From the IMG/VR virus record IMGVR_UViG_3300023049_000005, positions 124,001 to 188,000 of that record: DNA of 64,000 nucleotides; one strand, 5' to 3'. The position numbers and the translations under genes were made by a program. Shown piece after piece: positions 1 through 9,126 of the stretch (positions are counted from its first letter, which is position 1; each line of letters opens with the position of its first letter). Below the pieces are notes generated by a model. That model was not told the origin of the DNA. It did not search any database and worked only from the letters and a program-made list of their open reading frames with translations.

Positions 1-371
1 TTATTTATTATTTGATCTCTTTTTATAATCTTCTCTATATCTATTGTAGTATAGAATCCATATCGAGCATTCGATTTATATTTTTGGTAAAAGTCAATAC
101 TCCACAGTTCACCTAATTCTGAATAAGAATTAAATATACTATATCTATTTATACCACTTAAGGCTGTTTTATCTGACCCTGTGGTTATCTTATAAACACC
201 ACCTTTAGTTTCTCTTTCTCCAAAATCACCATAATAATACACACCATTATCAACTTCAATAGTAAATTCTAATTTATAATCTCGTGCTAAAGCACTTTTC
301 GTTATATACTTATCTATATTATTGAAAATGGTAATAATATCCTCTGTTAGTGGTTTTCGTTTAATCTTCAT
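1..371 (-). CDS. Hypothetical protein, 3'-truncated by window edge; carries the R[DE]xxIxxIL-type C-terminal motif
   Basis: Not in ORF track. ATG at 371-369 (MKIKRKPLTEDII...) is in frame with ...EKIIKRDQIIN at the window edge; start overlaps the end of the upstream gene. Confidence 0.75.
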   Translation of the reverse strand, partial: MKIKRKPLTEDIITIFNNIDKYITKSALARDYKLEFTIEVDNGVYYYGDFGERETKGGVYKITTGSDKTALSGINRYSIFNSYSELGELWSIDFYQKYKSNARYGFYTTIDIEKIIKRDQIIN

Positions 372-759
372 CTAAAATATTATTAATACTTAATTCTCTA
401 TTCCTTTGTTTGATCCAACTACCATCACGTGTTACAAAGTAGTGATTGTCTTTATCCTTACCTTTTTCGAAAAAACTTATTATATGTATATCTTCCCATT
501 CTAATTGATGGAAAATATTATAATGTTTTATATCAGATATATGAGATTGAGAAAATCCAATTCTATCTATATAATGTAAAGTGATATCGTCTACCTGATT
601 AGTTTGGAAATTCAGAGAAAAACAATCATTAAATCCTTTCATATATCTGAAATTAGAAACATTCCAAAGATTACCTTCTGTGTATATACACATATAATTA
701 ATCCTATCTGATATAGTGTTCAATATATCTTCGTTTATATTTTCTGTTCTAATGTTCAT
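361..759 (-). CDS. Hypothetical protein with C-terminal RELSINNILD motif
   Basis: 132-aa ORF in a tightly overlapping minus-strand run. Confidence 0.75.
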   Translation of the reverse strand: MNIRTENINEDILNTISDRINYMCIYTEGNLWNVSNFRYMKGFNDCFSLNFQTNQVDDITLHYIDRIGFSQSHISDIKHYNIFHQLEWEDIHIISFFEKGKDKDNHYFVTRDGSWIKQRNRELSINNILDED

Positions 760-1174
760 CTAAGATATTATTTATGATATTATCTCTATTTAAAATAGTA
801 AATATGTTAGTCTGCGTATAAAATTTTATTTTAGGTCTTGTTTTATATTTTTGATACAGCATTATAACTGTATAAGTCTCATCATTAAGTGCGTGACGTA
901 CTGACAACGTATATCTATTTAAACCCTTAATTGTTTTGGGGTTTATGTTAATGCTTTCGGGTATAGTAGTTACCATAAAAAGGTCACCTTTATTTTCTGA
1001 TAACTTACCATAATCACCATATACATAATCTTTGGTATCCTTTGTATAACCAATATTAATTTTATCTTTAAGTTTAAAGTCACATATACTATAATTGAGG
1101 TAATGATCTCTTACTTTATTATAAAGGTCAATATTTGTAATAATATCTAAGAAGTCTGTTGTTATCTTTTTCAT
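749..1174 (-). CDS. Hypothetical protein with C-terminal RDNIINNILD motif
   Basis: 141-aa ORF overlapping its neighbours. Confidence 0.75.
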   Translation of the reverse strand: MKKITTDFLDIITNIDLYNKVRDHYLNYSICDFKLKDKINIGYTKDTKDYVYGDYGKLSENKGDLFMVTTIPESININPKTIKGLNRYTLSVRHALNDETYTVIMLYQKYKTRPKIKFYTQTNIFTILNRDNIINNILDEH

Positions 1175-1491
1175 GATAGTAAAGAATTTAAAATGAGATC
1201 TCTTTTGATTATTTTTTCTATATCGATATTAAAATCCATATCCCCCATGAGTTTATCGTTAATATCATAAAATTCAATGTGTTTTTGGTCTAATATAATA
1301 CTAATAATGTTATGTATCTTTGTCTCATGGTAAGGGTGTTCATTCATTTTGATTGTTATTTGACAGAACATCCCTTTTTTTGACCAACTAAGCCTAGCAG
1401 AATTTTTTGTGTTTACATTATACCAAAAATATTGAAAATTAGAATCAATCATTTTTATTATAGGTATAGTCAGCTTAATCTTTTCTTTCAT
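1171..1491 (-). CDS. Hypothetical protein with C-terminal RDLILNSLL motif
   Basis: 106-aa ORF, ATGA overlap with next gene. Confidence 0.75.
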   Translation of the reverse strand: MKEKIKLTIPIIKMIDSNFQYFWYNVNTKNSARLSWSKKGMFCQITIKMNEHPYHETKIHNIISIILDQKHIEFYDINDKLMGDMDFNIDIEKIIKRDLILNSLLS

Positions 1492-1645
1492 CTAAATGTT
1501 GTTTCATCCATTTATTATATTCGTCAAAGTTAAAGATTTTTTTCTCATTATCAAACCCGCACTTATGACATAAATAAGGATGATCATCATCGGACTTTAT
1601 TTCCCATGACCAACTACATTTACTACATATTACTTTACTTTCCAT
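1475..1645 (-). CDS. Small zinc-ribbon protein (56 aa)
   Basis: Not in ORF track; hand translation MESKVICSKCSWSWEIKSDDDHPYLCHKCGFDN... has two CxxC pairs. Confidence 0.7.
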   Translation of the reverse strand: MESKVICSKCSWSWEIKSDDDHPYLCHKCGFDNEKKIFNFDEYNKWMKQHLDERKD

Positions 1646-1690
1646 GTAGTATATAGTAAAAAAACACTTTTATAAAATAATATATATTTT

Positions 1691-1972
1691 ATGAGAAAAT
1701 TAACCAATGAAAAATCTATATCTAAGGTGGATAGTGTACACAAAGGTTTATATAAATATGATAAAACTAATTATGATATGTGTATAGAATATGATGGTAT
1801 CCAACATTATAAACCTGTAGATTTTTTTGGAGGAATAAAAACACTTAAGGATATTAAAAAAAGAGACAATATAAAAACAAAATATTGTCAAGAAAACAAT
1901 ATAAAATTAATAAGAATCCCTTATAATAAAGAGGTTATAGAGTTAATGGAAAGTATTAATTTTAATATATAG
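1691..1972 (+). pseudogene. Internally deleted Vsr/DUF559-like (PD-(D/E)XK) homing endonuclease remnant
   Basis: N-terminal 'VHKGLYKYDKTNY' repeat unit joined directly to 'CIEYDGIQHY..FFGG...RDNIK..YC..NNIKLIRIPY'; the usual intervening region with the catalytic Asp is missing. Confidence 0.6.
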
Positions 1973-2002
1973 AGTATAGAAAATAAAAAAAAATTAAGAT
2001 AT

Positions 2003-2635
2003 ATGTCACCTTTACCACACTTCTCACAAGTAAACTCACACGGGTCAACACACCCAAATACCGAGCAGATATTCGAACCTGTTTATCCATCGTTATTTGA
2101 AGTAACATTTGTACTACCTACAATCGTGCAAGATCAGGGTAGAGACCCACTTCTTCTTTTAGAAAACGCAACAAGCGTTGAAGGAATCGAAGTACACAAA
2201 GCATTAGGAACACAGGAACAACGTTTCAAGTACAGTACTAGAATGTTCTTAACAATGCCTGAAAATACATCAATCGATGGACTTAATATTAAGTTCAACG
2301 TAAATGTCGGAAACGCAGGTGATGTATTTAACTATAACGCATTAAGAGCATGGTATGATTTAGCTTGGAACTCACAAAACGGTACACTCGCTTATAAGAG
2401 AGACATCGTTGGTACAATTGTAATCAACCATCACGACAGAAAAGGTTTCGTAATTAGAAGAATTACTTTACATAACTGTCAAATCAAAAACATCGGAGGA
2501 TATTTAGATTCTGTTGATTGGAGTGATACTACTTCAATACTTACTGACGTAAATGCAGAATTTGTAGTAGACTATTGGACAGATGAAAGAGTAGATCTTG
2601 ATACATCTGATATTGGTAATGTATATGGCACATAA
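2003..2635 (+). CDS. Tail tube protein (T4 gp19-like)
   Basis: 210 aa; EPVYPSLFEVTF and 'LRAWYDL...YKRDIVGTIVINHHDRKG...RRITLHNC' pattern typical of gp19-like tube proteins; late-type promoter upstream, terminator downstream. Confidence 0.75.
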   Translation: MSPLPHFSQVNSHGSTHPNTEQIFEPVYPSLFEVTFVLPTIVQDQGRDPLLLLENATSVEGIEVHKALGTQEQRFKYSTRMFLTMPENTSIDGLNIKFNVNVGNAGDVFNYNALRAWYDLAWNSQNGTLAYKRDIVGTIVINHHDRKGFVIRRITLHNCQIKNIGGYLDSVDWSDTTSILTDVNAEFVVDYWTDERVDLDTSDIGNVYGT

Positions 2636-2670
2636 ATAGCTTATTCATATTCCTATTTTTTTTTTTTTTG

Positions 2671-2701
2671 AAAAGGAGCGAAATATTTTCGCTCCTTTTT
2701 T
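2671..2701 (+). terminator. Intrinsic terminator
   Basis: aaaaggagcgaaa-tat-tttcgctcctttt stem followed by T-run. Confidence 0.8.
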
Positions 2702-2785
2702 ATTTTTATAAAACATTTCACCCCCTTTTAATATAATAGGAAGTATAGCTAAAAAACTATATAGATTAAAATATAAAATACAAGT

Positions 2786-3697
2786 ATGGCAACACAGAGT
2801 TCATCAGAAGATTATTTAAAGGAATTTCTTGATCAGAAAGATCATGCAGATAATAAACCTAAAGTAGAAGAAAGTAATAAAGAAGAAATAAAAGACCTAG
2901 GATCAGTAAAAGATTTAGATTTTATTGGGATAGATATTAGTGAGTTACCATGTAGAGATTTTTATCCTGCAGGGACTACGGTTAAGGTAAGACCCGCTAA
3001 AGTATCTGAGATACAAGCTTATAGTATGGTTGATGATACTAATATGTATGATGTATACGAAAAAGTAAATCACTTAGTATCATCTTGTGTATTTTTAATA
3101 TCACCAACAGGAGATAAAATGCCATATACTCATTTGAAGGACGGAGATAGATGGTATTTACTATTTGTTATAAGAGAACTTACTTTCCAAAAGGGGAAAG
3201 ATCTATATATTGAGGTAGATAATGTTCAGATTCCTATTCAGAGAAAAAACTTTGAATTTTATAAAATGGACGACAAGTTAAAAAAATATTACAGAAAAGA
3301 AGAAGGTAAATTTATATTTACTACACAAATGGGTGAGGTCGAAATGTCTCCCCCAACCTTAGGTGTCCAAAAATCATTTACTGATTATATGGTAGACCAA
3401 ACTAAAAAAAGAAAAGTATTAAACCAAAGTTTCTTAAAAATAATACCTTTCACATTACCGAATAGATTAAGTATTACTCAAGAAGGTATCGAAAAGAAAT
3501 TGAAGGAATTTGGTGAAATGGATATAGAAATGTTCCAATTCTTAAACGGTGCTGCAGAAAAGATGACGTTTGGTATCAAAGGGGTAAAAATGATAGATAA
3601 TCAGAGTGGTCAGGAGGTCCGCTCTGATGAGATATTTCCCAAAGGGTTTAGTGGGCTATTCGTTCAACATGATGCCTTTGATACTTTCCTTACATAA
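2786..3697 (+). CDS. Baseplate hub / tail assembly protein (T4 gp26-like)
   Basis: 'ELPCRDFYP...VKVRP', 'LKDGDRWYLLFVIRELT' motifs; located between tube and tape-measure genes. Confidence 0.65.
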   Translation: MATQSSSEDYLKEFLDQKDHADNKPKVEESNKEEIKDLGSVKDLDFIGIDISELPCRDFYPAGTTVKVRPAKVSEIQAYSMVDDTNMYDVYEKVNHLVSSCVFLISPTGDKMPYTHLKDGDRWYLLFVIRELTFQKGKDLYIEVDNVQIPIQRKNFEFYKMDDKLKKYYRKEEGKFIFTTQMGEVEMSPPTLGVQKSFTDYMVDQTKKRKVLNQSFLKIIPFTLPNRLSITQEGIEKKLKEFGEMDIEMFQFLNGAAEKMTFGIKGVKMIDNQSGQEVRSDEIFPKGFSGLFVQHDAFDTFLT

Positions 3698-4031
3698 AAA
3701 AGAAGTCGCTGAGGGTACTAAATTAAAAGCAGAATGCAATTTCTTAAAAGAATACTTCTCCTTATTTATGATAGATGATGAAGCACTTAATCGAAATATG
3801 TGGTTATTGTCTATTAGATCTAAAGGTGGCTTGTCTATTGGTGAAATAGAAAGAATGGCTTTTTGGAGATATGAAAGGTATGTCGATATTGCTAACAAAC
3901 TAGCTGAGGAAGAGAAAGACGAAAGGAAAAAACAAGAAGAAAAACAGAAAAACCAAAGTCAAAATAAGTCTGCTAACCCTAGTAGTTATCTTAATAAGAT
4001 AAGTGGTATGGCTAACAAATTCAAATCCTAA
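3606..4031 (+). CDS. Baseplate hub assembly catalyst (gp51-like) / tail chaperone C-part; true start uncertain (ATG 3768 or frameshift fusion)
   Basis: 'LSIGEIERMAFWRYERYV...EEE' resembles gp51/GT-type chaperones; overlaps upstream gene in the +1 frame. Confidence 0.55.
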   Translation: MVRRSALMRYFPKGLVGYSFNMMPLILSLHKKEVAEGTKLKAECNFLKEYFSLFMIDDEALNRNMWLLSIRSKGGLSIGEIERMAFWRYERYVDIANKLAEEEKDERKKQEEKQKNQSQNKSANPSSYLNKISGMANKFKS

Positions 4032-4049
4032 TTTAATATATAGTGTACG

Positions 4050-4493
4050 ATGGAAATAACTACACTAATAAACGATTTTTATGACTTTATAGTATATGGT
4101 ATAAGTGAATACTTATTCGTGTTCAATTTACACTATATTTTAGCATATATAACCATTTTAGTGGGTATTAAGTACACAAATAACTTTAAATGGTATGAAA
4201 AACTACTTAATAAAGTAAAGTTATCTGCTGCACCATTTACGGGATTTTTACTTATATTAGCATATACTTTCATAGGTACGGGTGGGATAAGTGTTGAAAC
4301 AGTTGTTTCACTGTTACAATCTTTTATTATAACACTATCTTTACAAGATGTATTCATCGTTCTATTTGGAGTCCTACTTAATAAACTAACATTTGGTATG
4401 ATTAAACTTGATCATAATAAAAGGTCTATTATCTATGTTAAGACTAATAAAAATAATGATGATGTTGAATTAGATAAGAAACAAGAAGATTAA
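4050..4493 (+). CDS. Membrane protein (possible holin)
   Basis: 3-4 hydrophobic segments, charged C-terminus. Confidence 0.5.
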   Translation: MEITTLINDFYDFIVYGISEYLFVFNLHYILAYITILVGIKYTNNFKWYEKLLNKVKLSAAPFTGFLLILAYTFIGTGGISVETVVSLLQSFIITLSLQDVFIVLFGVLLNKLTFGMIKLDHNKRSIIYVKTNKNNDDVELDKKQED

Positions 4494-5221
4494 TACTTTA
4501 AATAATTTCTAATAAACTTTATAACACTAGAATTAATCCCTCTGAATGTCATTGGTTTTTCAGACTTTTGTTTAGCTTTAATATCATATTGTCTAAGTAG
4601 ATCAGCTACTTCATCTTCGTGTAAATATATATCTTCAACAGGATCATATATAGCATGAGGCATATCAATACCAAGACCCTTTTGTTTAAATGGTAAATTA
4701 GGATCAGTTTTATCTCCCTTTTCACCGAAATGTCCTCTTACTCCTTTAGATGGGTTTCCATAATTTACTCCCCAATTACCAACGTGCGCACCTTGTCCAT
4801 AACCAGGGGCATTTACGTCACCACTATCAGGTGTTTGGTGATTAGATTCTTTAATTGATTCATAAAAATCTAAATCTACTTTAGTAGCTAATTCATAATC
4901 ATAATAAAACATATCACTTAGGCTTTTAGATAAACCTTCTTTTAAAATATTCTTATCTCCTTGTAGTAAGAACACCTCAACTTCTACATTATCTTCATCA
5001 ATTTCATTGACTTTTATTTTAAATAAATGCTTATTTAGATCTTCGTCTATGAAAGAAAAATCACCTCTGAATCCTACATACTCTTTTTCGAATAATGATT
5101 CAACAGCAGTTTCTCTGTTCATTGTTGTTAATTCACCTTCACTGTCACTCACTTTGAATATCAGTTTGAAGTCAGCTTTGTTACCACTGTTAAAGTTTTC
5201 GTATAGTTTTAAATATTTCAT
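4490..5221 (-). CDS. Hypothetical, probably virion internal protein
   Basis: N-terminal MKYLKLYENF motif; late-type promoter upstream. Confidence 0.6.
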   Translation of the reverse strand: MKYLKLYENFNSGNKADFKLIFKVSDSEGELTTMNRETAVESLFEKEYVGFRGDFSFIDEDLNKHLFKIKVNEIDEDNVEVEVFLLQGDKNILKEGLSKSLSDMFYYDYELATKVDLDFYESIKESNHQTPDSGDVNAPGYGQGAHVGNWGVNYGNPSKGVRGHFGEKGDKTDPNLPFKQKGLGIDMPHAIYDPVEDIYLHEDEVADLLRQYDIKAKQKSEKPMTFRGINSSVIKFIRNYLKY

Positions 5222-5268
5222 ATAGTATATATTAAAGTTCGTATCTGATTATTTTTAATATATAGTTT

Positions 5269-7371
5269 ATGGAAAAAAAGACGATCAAAGCCTTATCTAA
5301 CTTCGGTGATGCCATTGATACACTTGTAGAGGAACTAAAGAAACAGAACCAACAGAAAGCTACTACAGGTAGTTTTATGTCTAATCTTTTTGGTAAAGAT
5401 TCTCTTTCTAAAAGAGTTAAAAGTATACAAGACGGTATTAATAAGATCAAAGAAGATACACAGAAAATCATCAAGAACCAAGAGGATTTTATGAATATCC
5501 GAAAACAAGAAAATAAAGGAAAAGAGGGTGGTGTATTTGAAAAGTCAGGAGAGAGTAGTAATATTGATAAAATAAAACAAGGGGTGGGTTCTATTATACT
5601 CATCGCAGGGGCTGTATTAGCACTTGGGGCAGCTTTTAATATAATTGACCCTAGTAAGTTCGATATACCGTTGATCGTCGCTATAAGTTTCTCTATGACC
5701 TTAATGGGGATGGCGTTAGCTAAGATAATGGAAGCAGGTGTTCCAAATCCCGCAGAAGCTTTAAGTATTGGGTTAGCATTGATTGCTATGAGTGGTGCAG
5801 TTGTAGTAACAGGAGCATTAATGGCACTTATTCCTAAAATAGAACCATATCAATTTATGACATTCTTAGGTATAGCAGCTACGTTTACTTTGATGTTCGC
5901 ATTAGGATTTAGTAAGGCTATTGAGGCTTCGGGTAAGATGAAAGCGAAATCTATCATTATGTTACCATTAGCATTAATAGGTATATCAGCAGCGATTATG
6001 GCATCAAGTCATATTTTACAATATGCCCAAGAAATTGATGGATCTAAATTATGGAATTTAGTACAACAGGGATTAGCTTTAGCTGCCATAGCATTATTTA
6101 TATCCATACCACTATTCATATTAGGTAAGGTAGGATTAGGAAATGTATTAATGGGATCATTAGCTCTTGTTTTAGTAGCAGGGGCGTTAACATTATCATC
6201 GATGATGTTAGCACATGGTAATTGGGAAAATCCAATTCCACTTAATTGGGCATTATCATTTAGTGTTACTATGTTATTATTAGCAATACCTGTTGCTATA
6301 TTGGGGGCGATTGGTTTACAGTTTGTAGTCCCAGGGGCTATAGGACTAGTAATTGTAGCAGCAGCACTTGTAGCAGCATCTTGGTTATTATCCTTTATTA
6401 AACCTGATTTCTTTTATACTATATCAGATGCTATAGCTTATTTTGTGAATGTAGTAGGTGGAGCAGTAATTAAATTCGCTAAAAATTTCTTACCTATATT
6501 AGTTAGTATAGCAGGAGCATTTATGACTAAAATATTACCACCATTGGCTAAGTTCATAAATGCCATTATACCAACGTTAGGTAACTTCTTAGAAACAATC
6601 ATAAATTCATTCTTCCCTTACTTTGAACAAATAATGGATTATATGAAGTTTGCTGTGGGACAAATTGATAATATAATATTAGCTATTGGTACAGTATTAG
6701 AGAAAATTGGTGGTGTTTTAGGTAAAGTAGGTGATGTGTTTAGAGCAGTAGGCGATTCAATAGCAACTGTATTAGATTCAGTTGGTGGTATAATTGATAA
6801 GATAGCTAAGGGTATAATGGGAGTATTTAAAACTGTTACAGAATCAATTTTAAGTCTTAGTCAAGTAGATGGTGGTAATTTATTACAAGTAGGCGCAGGT
6901 TTACTAGCAATTGGTGGGGGTCTTGCAGCTATGACAGCAGGATCAATAATAAAAGGAATAGGTGATTTCTTTACGGGTGATGGATTAACGGATCAATTGA
7001 AAAACTTATCAGAATTCCATAAAGAAATTTTTATGACAGGTAAAGGTATCGAAATGTTAGCAACAGGATTAGAATCTATTAATGATGTTGATATAGATAG
7101 TGATAGAATAGAAGGTATTGTACAAGTATTAGATAAAGTAACAGGTATGAGAGCATCAGCAGACGCAGAAATAGTTACTAGACAGATCATAGAAACAGGA
7201 AACTTAATACAAGAACTAAAAGGATTAACTGAACCTGATGATAATAGTGAGATGTTAAACGAATTAAAGAAAATGAACCAAAGACTAGAAGCATTGATTA
7301 GTACTAACTCAGGTATAGGTGCTATGTTAGGTAATATGGGTACTGATGAAGAACCTAAATTAGAATATTAA
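5269..7371 (+). CDS. Tape-measure-like protein
   Basis: 700 aa, Ala/Gly/Ile-rich hydrophobic and amphipathic helical repeats; downstream of tube/hub genes. Confidence 0.65.
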   Translation: MEKKTIKALSNFGDAIDTLVEELKKQNQQKATTGSFMSNLFGKDSLSKRVKSIQDGINKIKEDTQKIIKNQEDFMNIRKQENKGKEGGVFEKSGESSNIDKIKQGVGSIILIAGAVLALGAAFNIIDPSKFDIPLIVAISFSMTLMGMALAKIMEAGVPNPAEALSIGLALIAMSGAVVVTGALMALIPKIEPYQFMTFLGIAATFTLMFALGFSKAIEASGKMKAKSIIMLPLALIGISAAIMASSHILQYAQEIDGSKLWNLVQQGLALAAIALFISIPLFILGKVGLGNVLMGSLALVLVAGALTLSSMMLAHGNWENPIPLNWALSFSVTMLLLAIPVAILGAIGLQFVVPGAIGLVIVAAALVAASWLLSFIKPDFFYTISDAIAYFVNVVGGAVIKFAKNFLPILVSIAGAFMTKILPPLAKFINAIIPTLGNFLETIINSFFPYFEQIMDYMKFAVGQIDNIILAIGTVLEKIGGVLGKVGDVFRAVGDSIATVLDSVGGIIDKIAKGIMGVFKTVTESILSLSQVDGGNLLQVGAGLLAIGGGLAAMTAGSIIKGIGDFFTGDGLTDQLKNLSEFHKEIFMTGKGIEMLATGLESINDVDIDSDRIEGIVQVLDKVTGMRASADAEIVTRQIIETGNLIQELKGLTEPDDNSEMLNELKKMNQRLEALISTNSGIGAMLGNMGTDEEPKLEY

Positions 7372-7407
7372 CGAGGGAAGAAGTTTTCAATTATATATAT
7401 TCTTGTT

Positions 7408-7818
7408 ATGAAAGACTTATCATTTTTTAAAAAACTAAAATTATTATTTGACTATTTAAGGATAGTGAAACAAAAGAAGATTGCGATTCTTGATAAAAAG
7501 AATACTGTTCAATTAAGATTAGACAAAGCAAAAAGATTCTATACTGTATGTAATTGCGACAAAGATGTGGAGAAATACGGTAAAAATTTAGCAGAGAAAT
7601 ATATTAAAGAGCATATAAACATGTGCGAAAAGATATTTATCAACAGTAACTTAATTGAATTCGTGGGTGTGTGGGATATTACTCAGATAGATGAAACTAA
7701 TTATTTAATAGTATTTGGGTTTAAGGGTTTTAGAACAGAAAGGCTTTTCAGGAATACAATCATCTTTTCTTCGTTATTATTAGGATCGGGTATTTACTTT
7801 TTTTTAAATTTTTTGTAA
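7408..7818 (+). CDS. Hypothetical protein with C-terminal transmembrane helix
   Basis: 136-aa ORF. Confidence 0.7.
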   Translation: MKDLSFFKKLKLLFDYLRIVKQKKIAILDKKNTVQLRLDKAKRFYTVCNCDKDVEKYGKNLAEKYIKEHINMCEKIFINSNLIEFVGVWDITQIDETNYLIVFGFKGFRTERLFRNTIIFSSLLLGSGIYFFLNFL

Positions 7819-7862
7819 ACTTTTTTCATTATTTGTAATAAGACTTAAAAAAACAAATTATT

Positions 7863-8282
7863 ATGAATAGCGAAAGATATACAGAATTGTCAGAAGACAT
7901 CATTGAAAATTTTCAAGAAATCTATAACACAAAAAGTTTCCCAATCAAAATTGGATTCACTTACTTAAATGATGATAAGTTAAAAAAGGTAGTAGATATT
8001 AAAAAACTATCTGAGATGTATCAGGTTCTTTTAAATAAAGAAATGGTAGTAATTTTCAACGAAACATTATTTGATAAATTAGATAAAGAATCTATTACAA
8101 TATTAATTGAACAAGAGCTTGATAAAGTAGAAATCAATATGAATAACGGTAAAATCAAAATGAATAAGCCTAATATTCAAACATTTTCTTCTTTATTAAA
8201 CAAGTATGGTAGAGAGAAAATCGTAAGAGCTAACGATTTAGATAACTTATCTGCTGCACAAGAAGCAGATATGGTAGCTTAA
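7863..8282 (+). CDS. Hypothetical protein (possibly degenerate phage metallopeptidase-like fold)
   Basis: 'FDKLD..SITILIEQELD' resembles the putative phage metallopeptidase family but lacks HExxH. Confidence 0.45.
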   Translation: MNSERYTELSEDIIENFQEIYNTKSFPIKIGFTYLNDDKLKKVVDIKKLSEMYQVLLNKEMVVIFNETLFDKLDKESITILIEQELDKVEINMNNGKIKMNKPNIQTFSSLLNKYGREKIVRANDLDNLSAAQEADMVA

Positions 8283-8333
8283 TAGTAAACAAATATTATA
8301 TTTTTAATATAAATAAAAAAGTAAAATTACATT

Positions 8334-9068
8334 ATGGAAAATACCCAACAAGAACAATTAAAAAACATAGTTATAGCGGAAAAGCCCGATATGAACTTCA
8401 AAGCATACAATGAAACTTTGATTCGTGTTTTATCACAAGAAGACGAAACTTATTTAGATTCTAAGTATGATGAAATCATGGACTTTATGAGAAATAAACA
8501 TTCTAAAACTTACAGCGATGGTGAAAAAGAAGCTGTATATAAACAACTTCAAATTCTATGGAATGAGGTTAGTGGCAAAAATGGCGGTAGATTAAATTCA
8601 ATTAGTTTTGATCTTATCCTACACCAAGAAGAATATAAGTTTGTCAATGAGATGCTTAATAGCAAATTGGAATATGATGTTGACACAATCTTTTATGCTA
8701 TTGAATTAAAAGACATGTTAGATAACATGAAAGAAAATGGTAATTATGATAGTGCTGATCAAGCTATTGGATTCAAGATGAATGCAGTTGATCTTCAGTA
8801 TTTATACCACCTTCTTTCTAAGCAAACTTTCAAAGGTTTAACTAAAAGAACATATACTTTCGCAGAAGTAATCAAAAGAATTGCATTATCAAGTAATATC
8901 TTTGGTTATTATAAAAATAAGTACGAAGACTTAGCTAAAGCTATTCAGTTTTGGGTAAACACCTTAGAAAAGGATGTTAATATCAACAAAAATGATAAGA
9001 TGTATCATCTTATTTGGGGGGAAGCAGATGTTGAACCTAGTGTTGCAGAAACAACCGAGTCTAAGTAA
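8334..9068 (+). CDS. Hypothetical protein
   Basis: 244-aa ORF with typical codon usage. Confidence 0.75.
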   Translation: MENTQQEQLKNIVIAEKPDMNFKAYNETLIRVLSQEDETYLDSKYDEIMDFMRNKHSKTYSDGEKEAVYKQLQILWNEVSGKNGGRLNSISFDLILHQEEYKFVNEMLNSKLEYDVDTIFYAIELKDMLDNMKENGNYDSADQAIGFKMNAVDLQYLYHLLSKQTFKGLTKRTYTFAEVIKRIALSSNIFGYYKNKYEDLAKAIQFWVNTLEKDVNINKNDKMYHLIWGEADVEPSVAETTESK

Positions 9069-9084
9069 TTTTATTTATTTGGTT

Positions 9085-9125
9085 AAGAAGGGGAATGAGA
9101 TTTATATCTTGTTCCCCTTTTTTTT
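9085..9125. terminator. Terminator between convergent genes
   Basis: aaggggaatgaga...tcttgttcccctttttttt hairpin. Confidence 0.75.
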
Positions 9126-9126
9126 G

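Noticed and set aside
2657-2669. T13 homopolymer as a phase-variation site
   Set aside because: Intergenic, adjacent to a terminator; no coding or promoter-spacing consequence evident.
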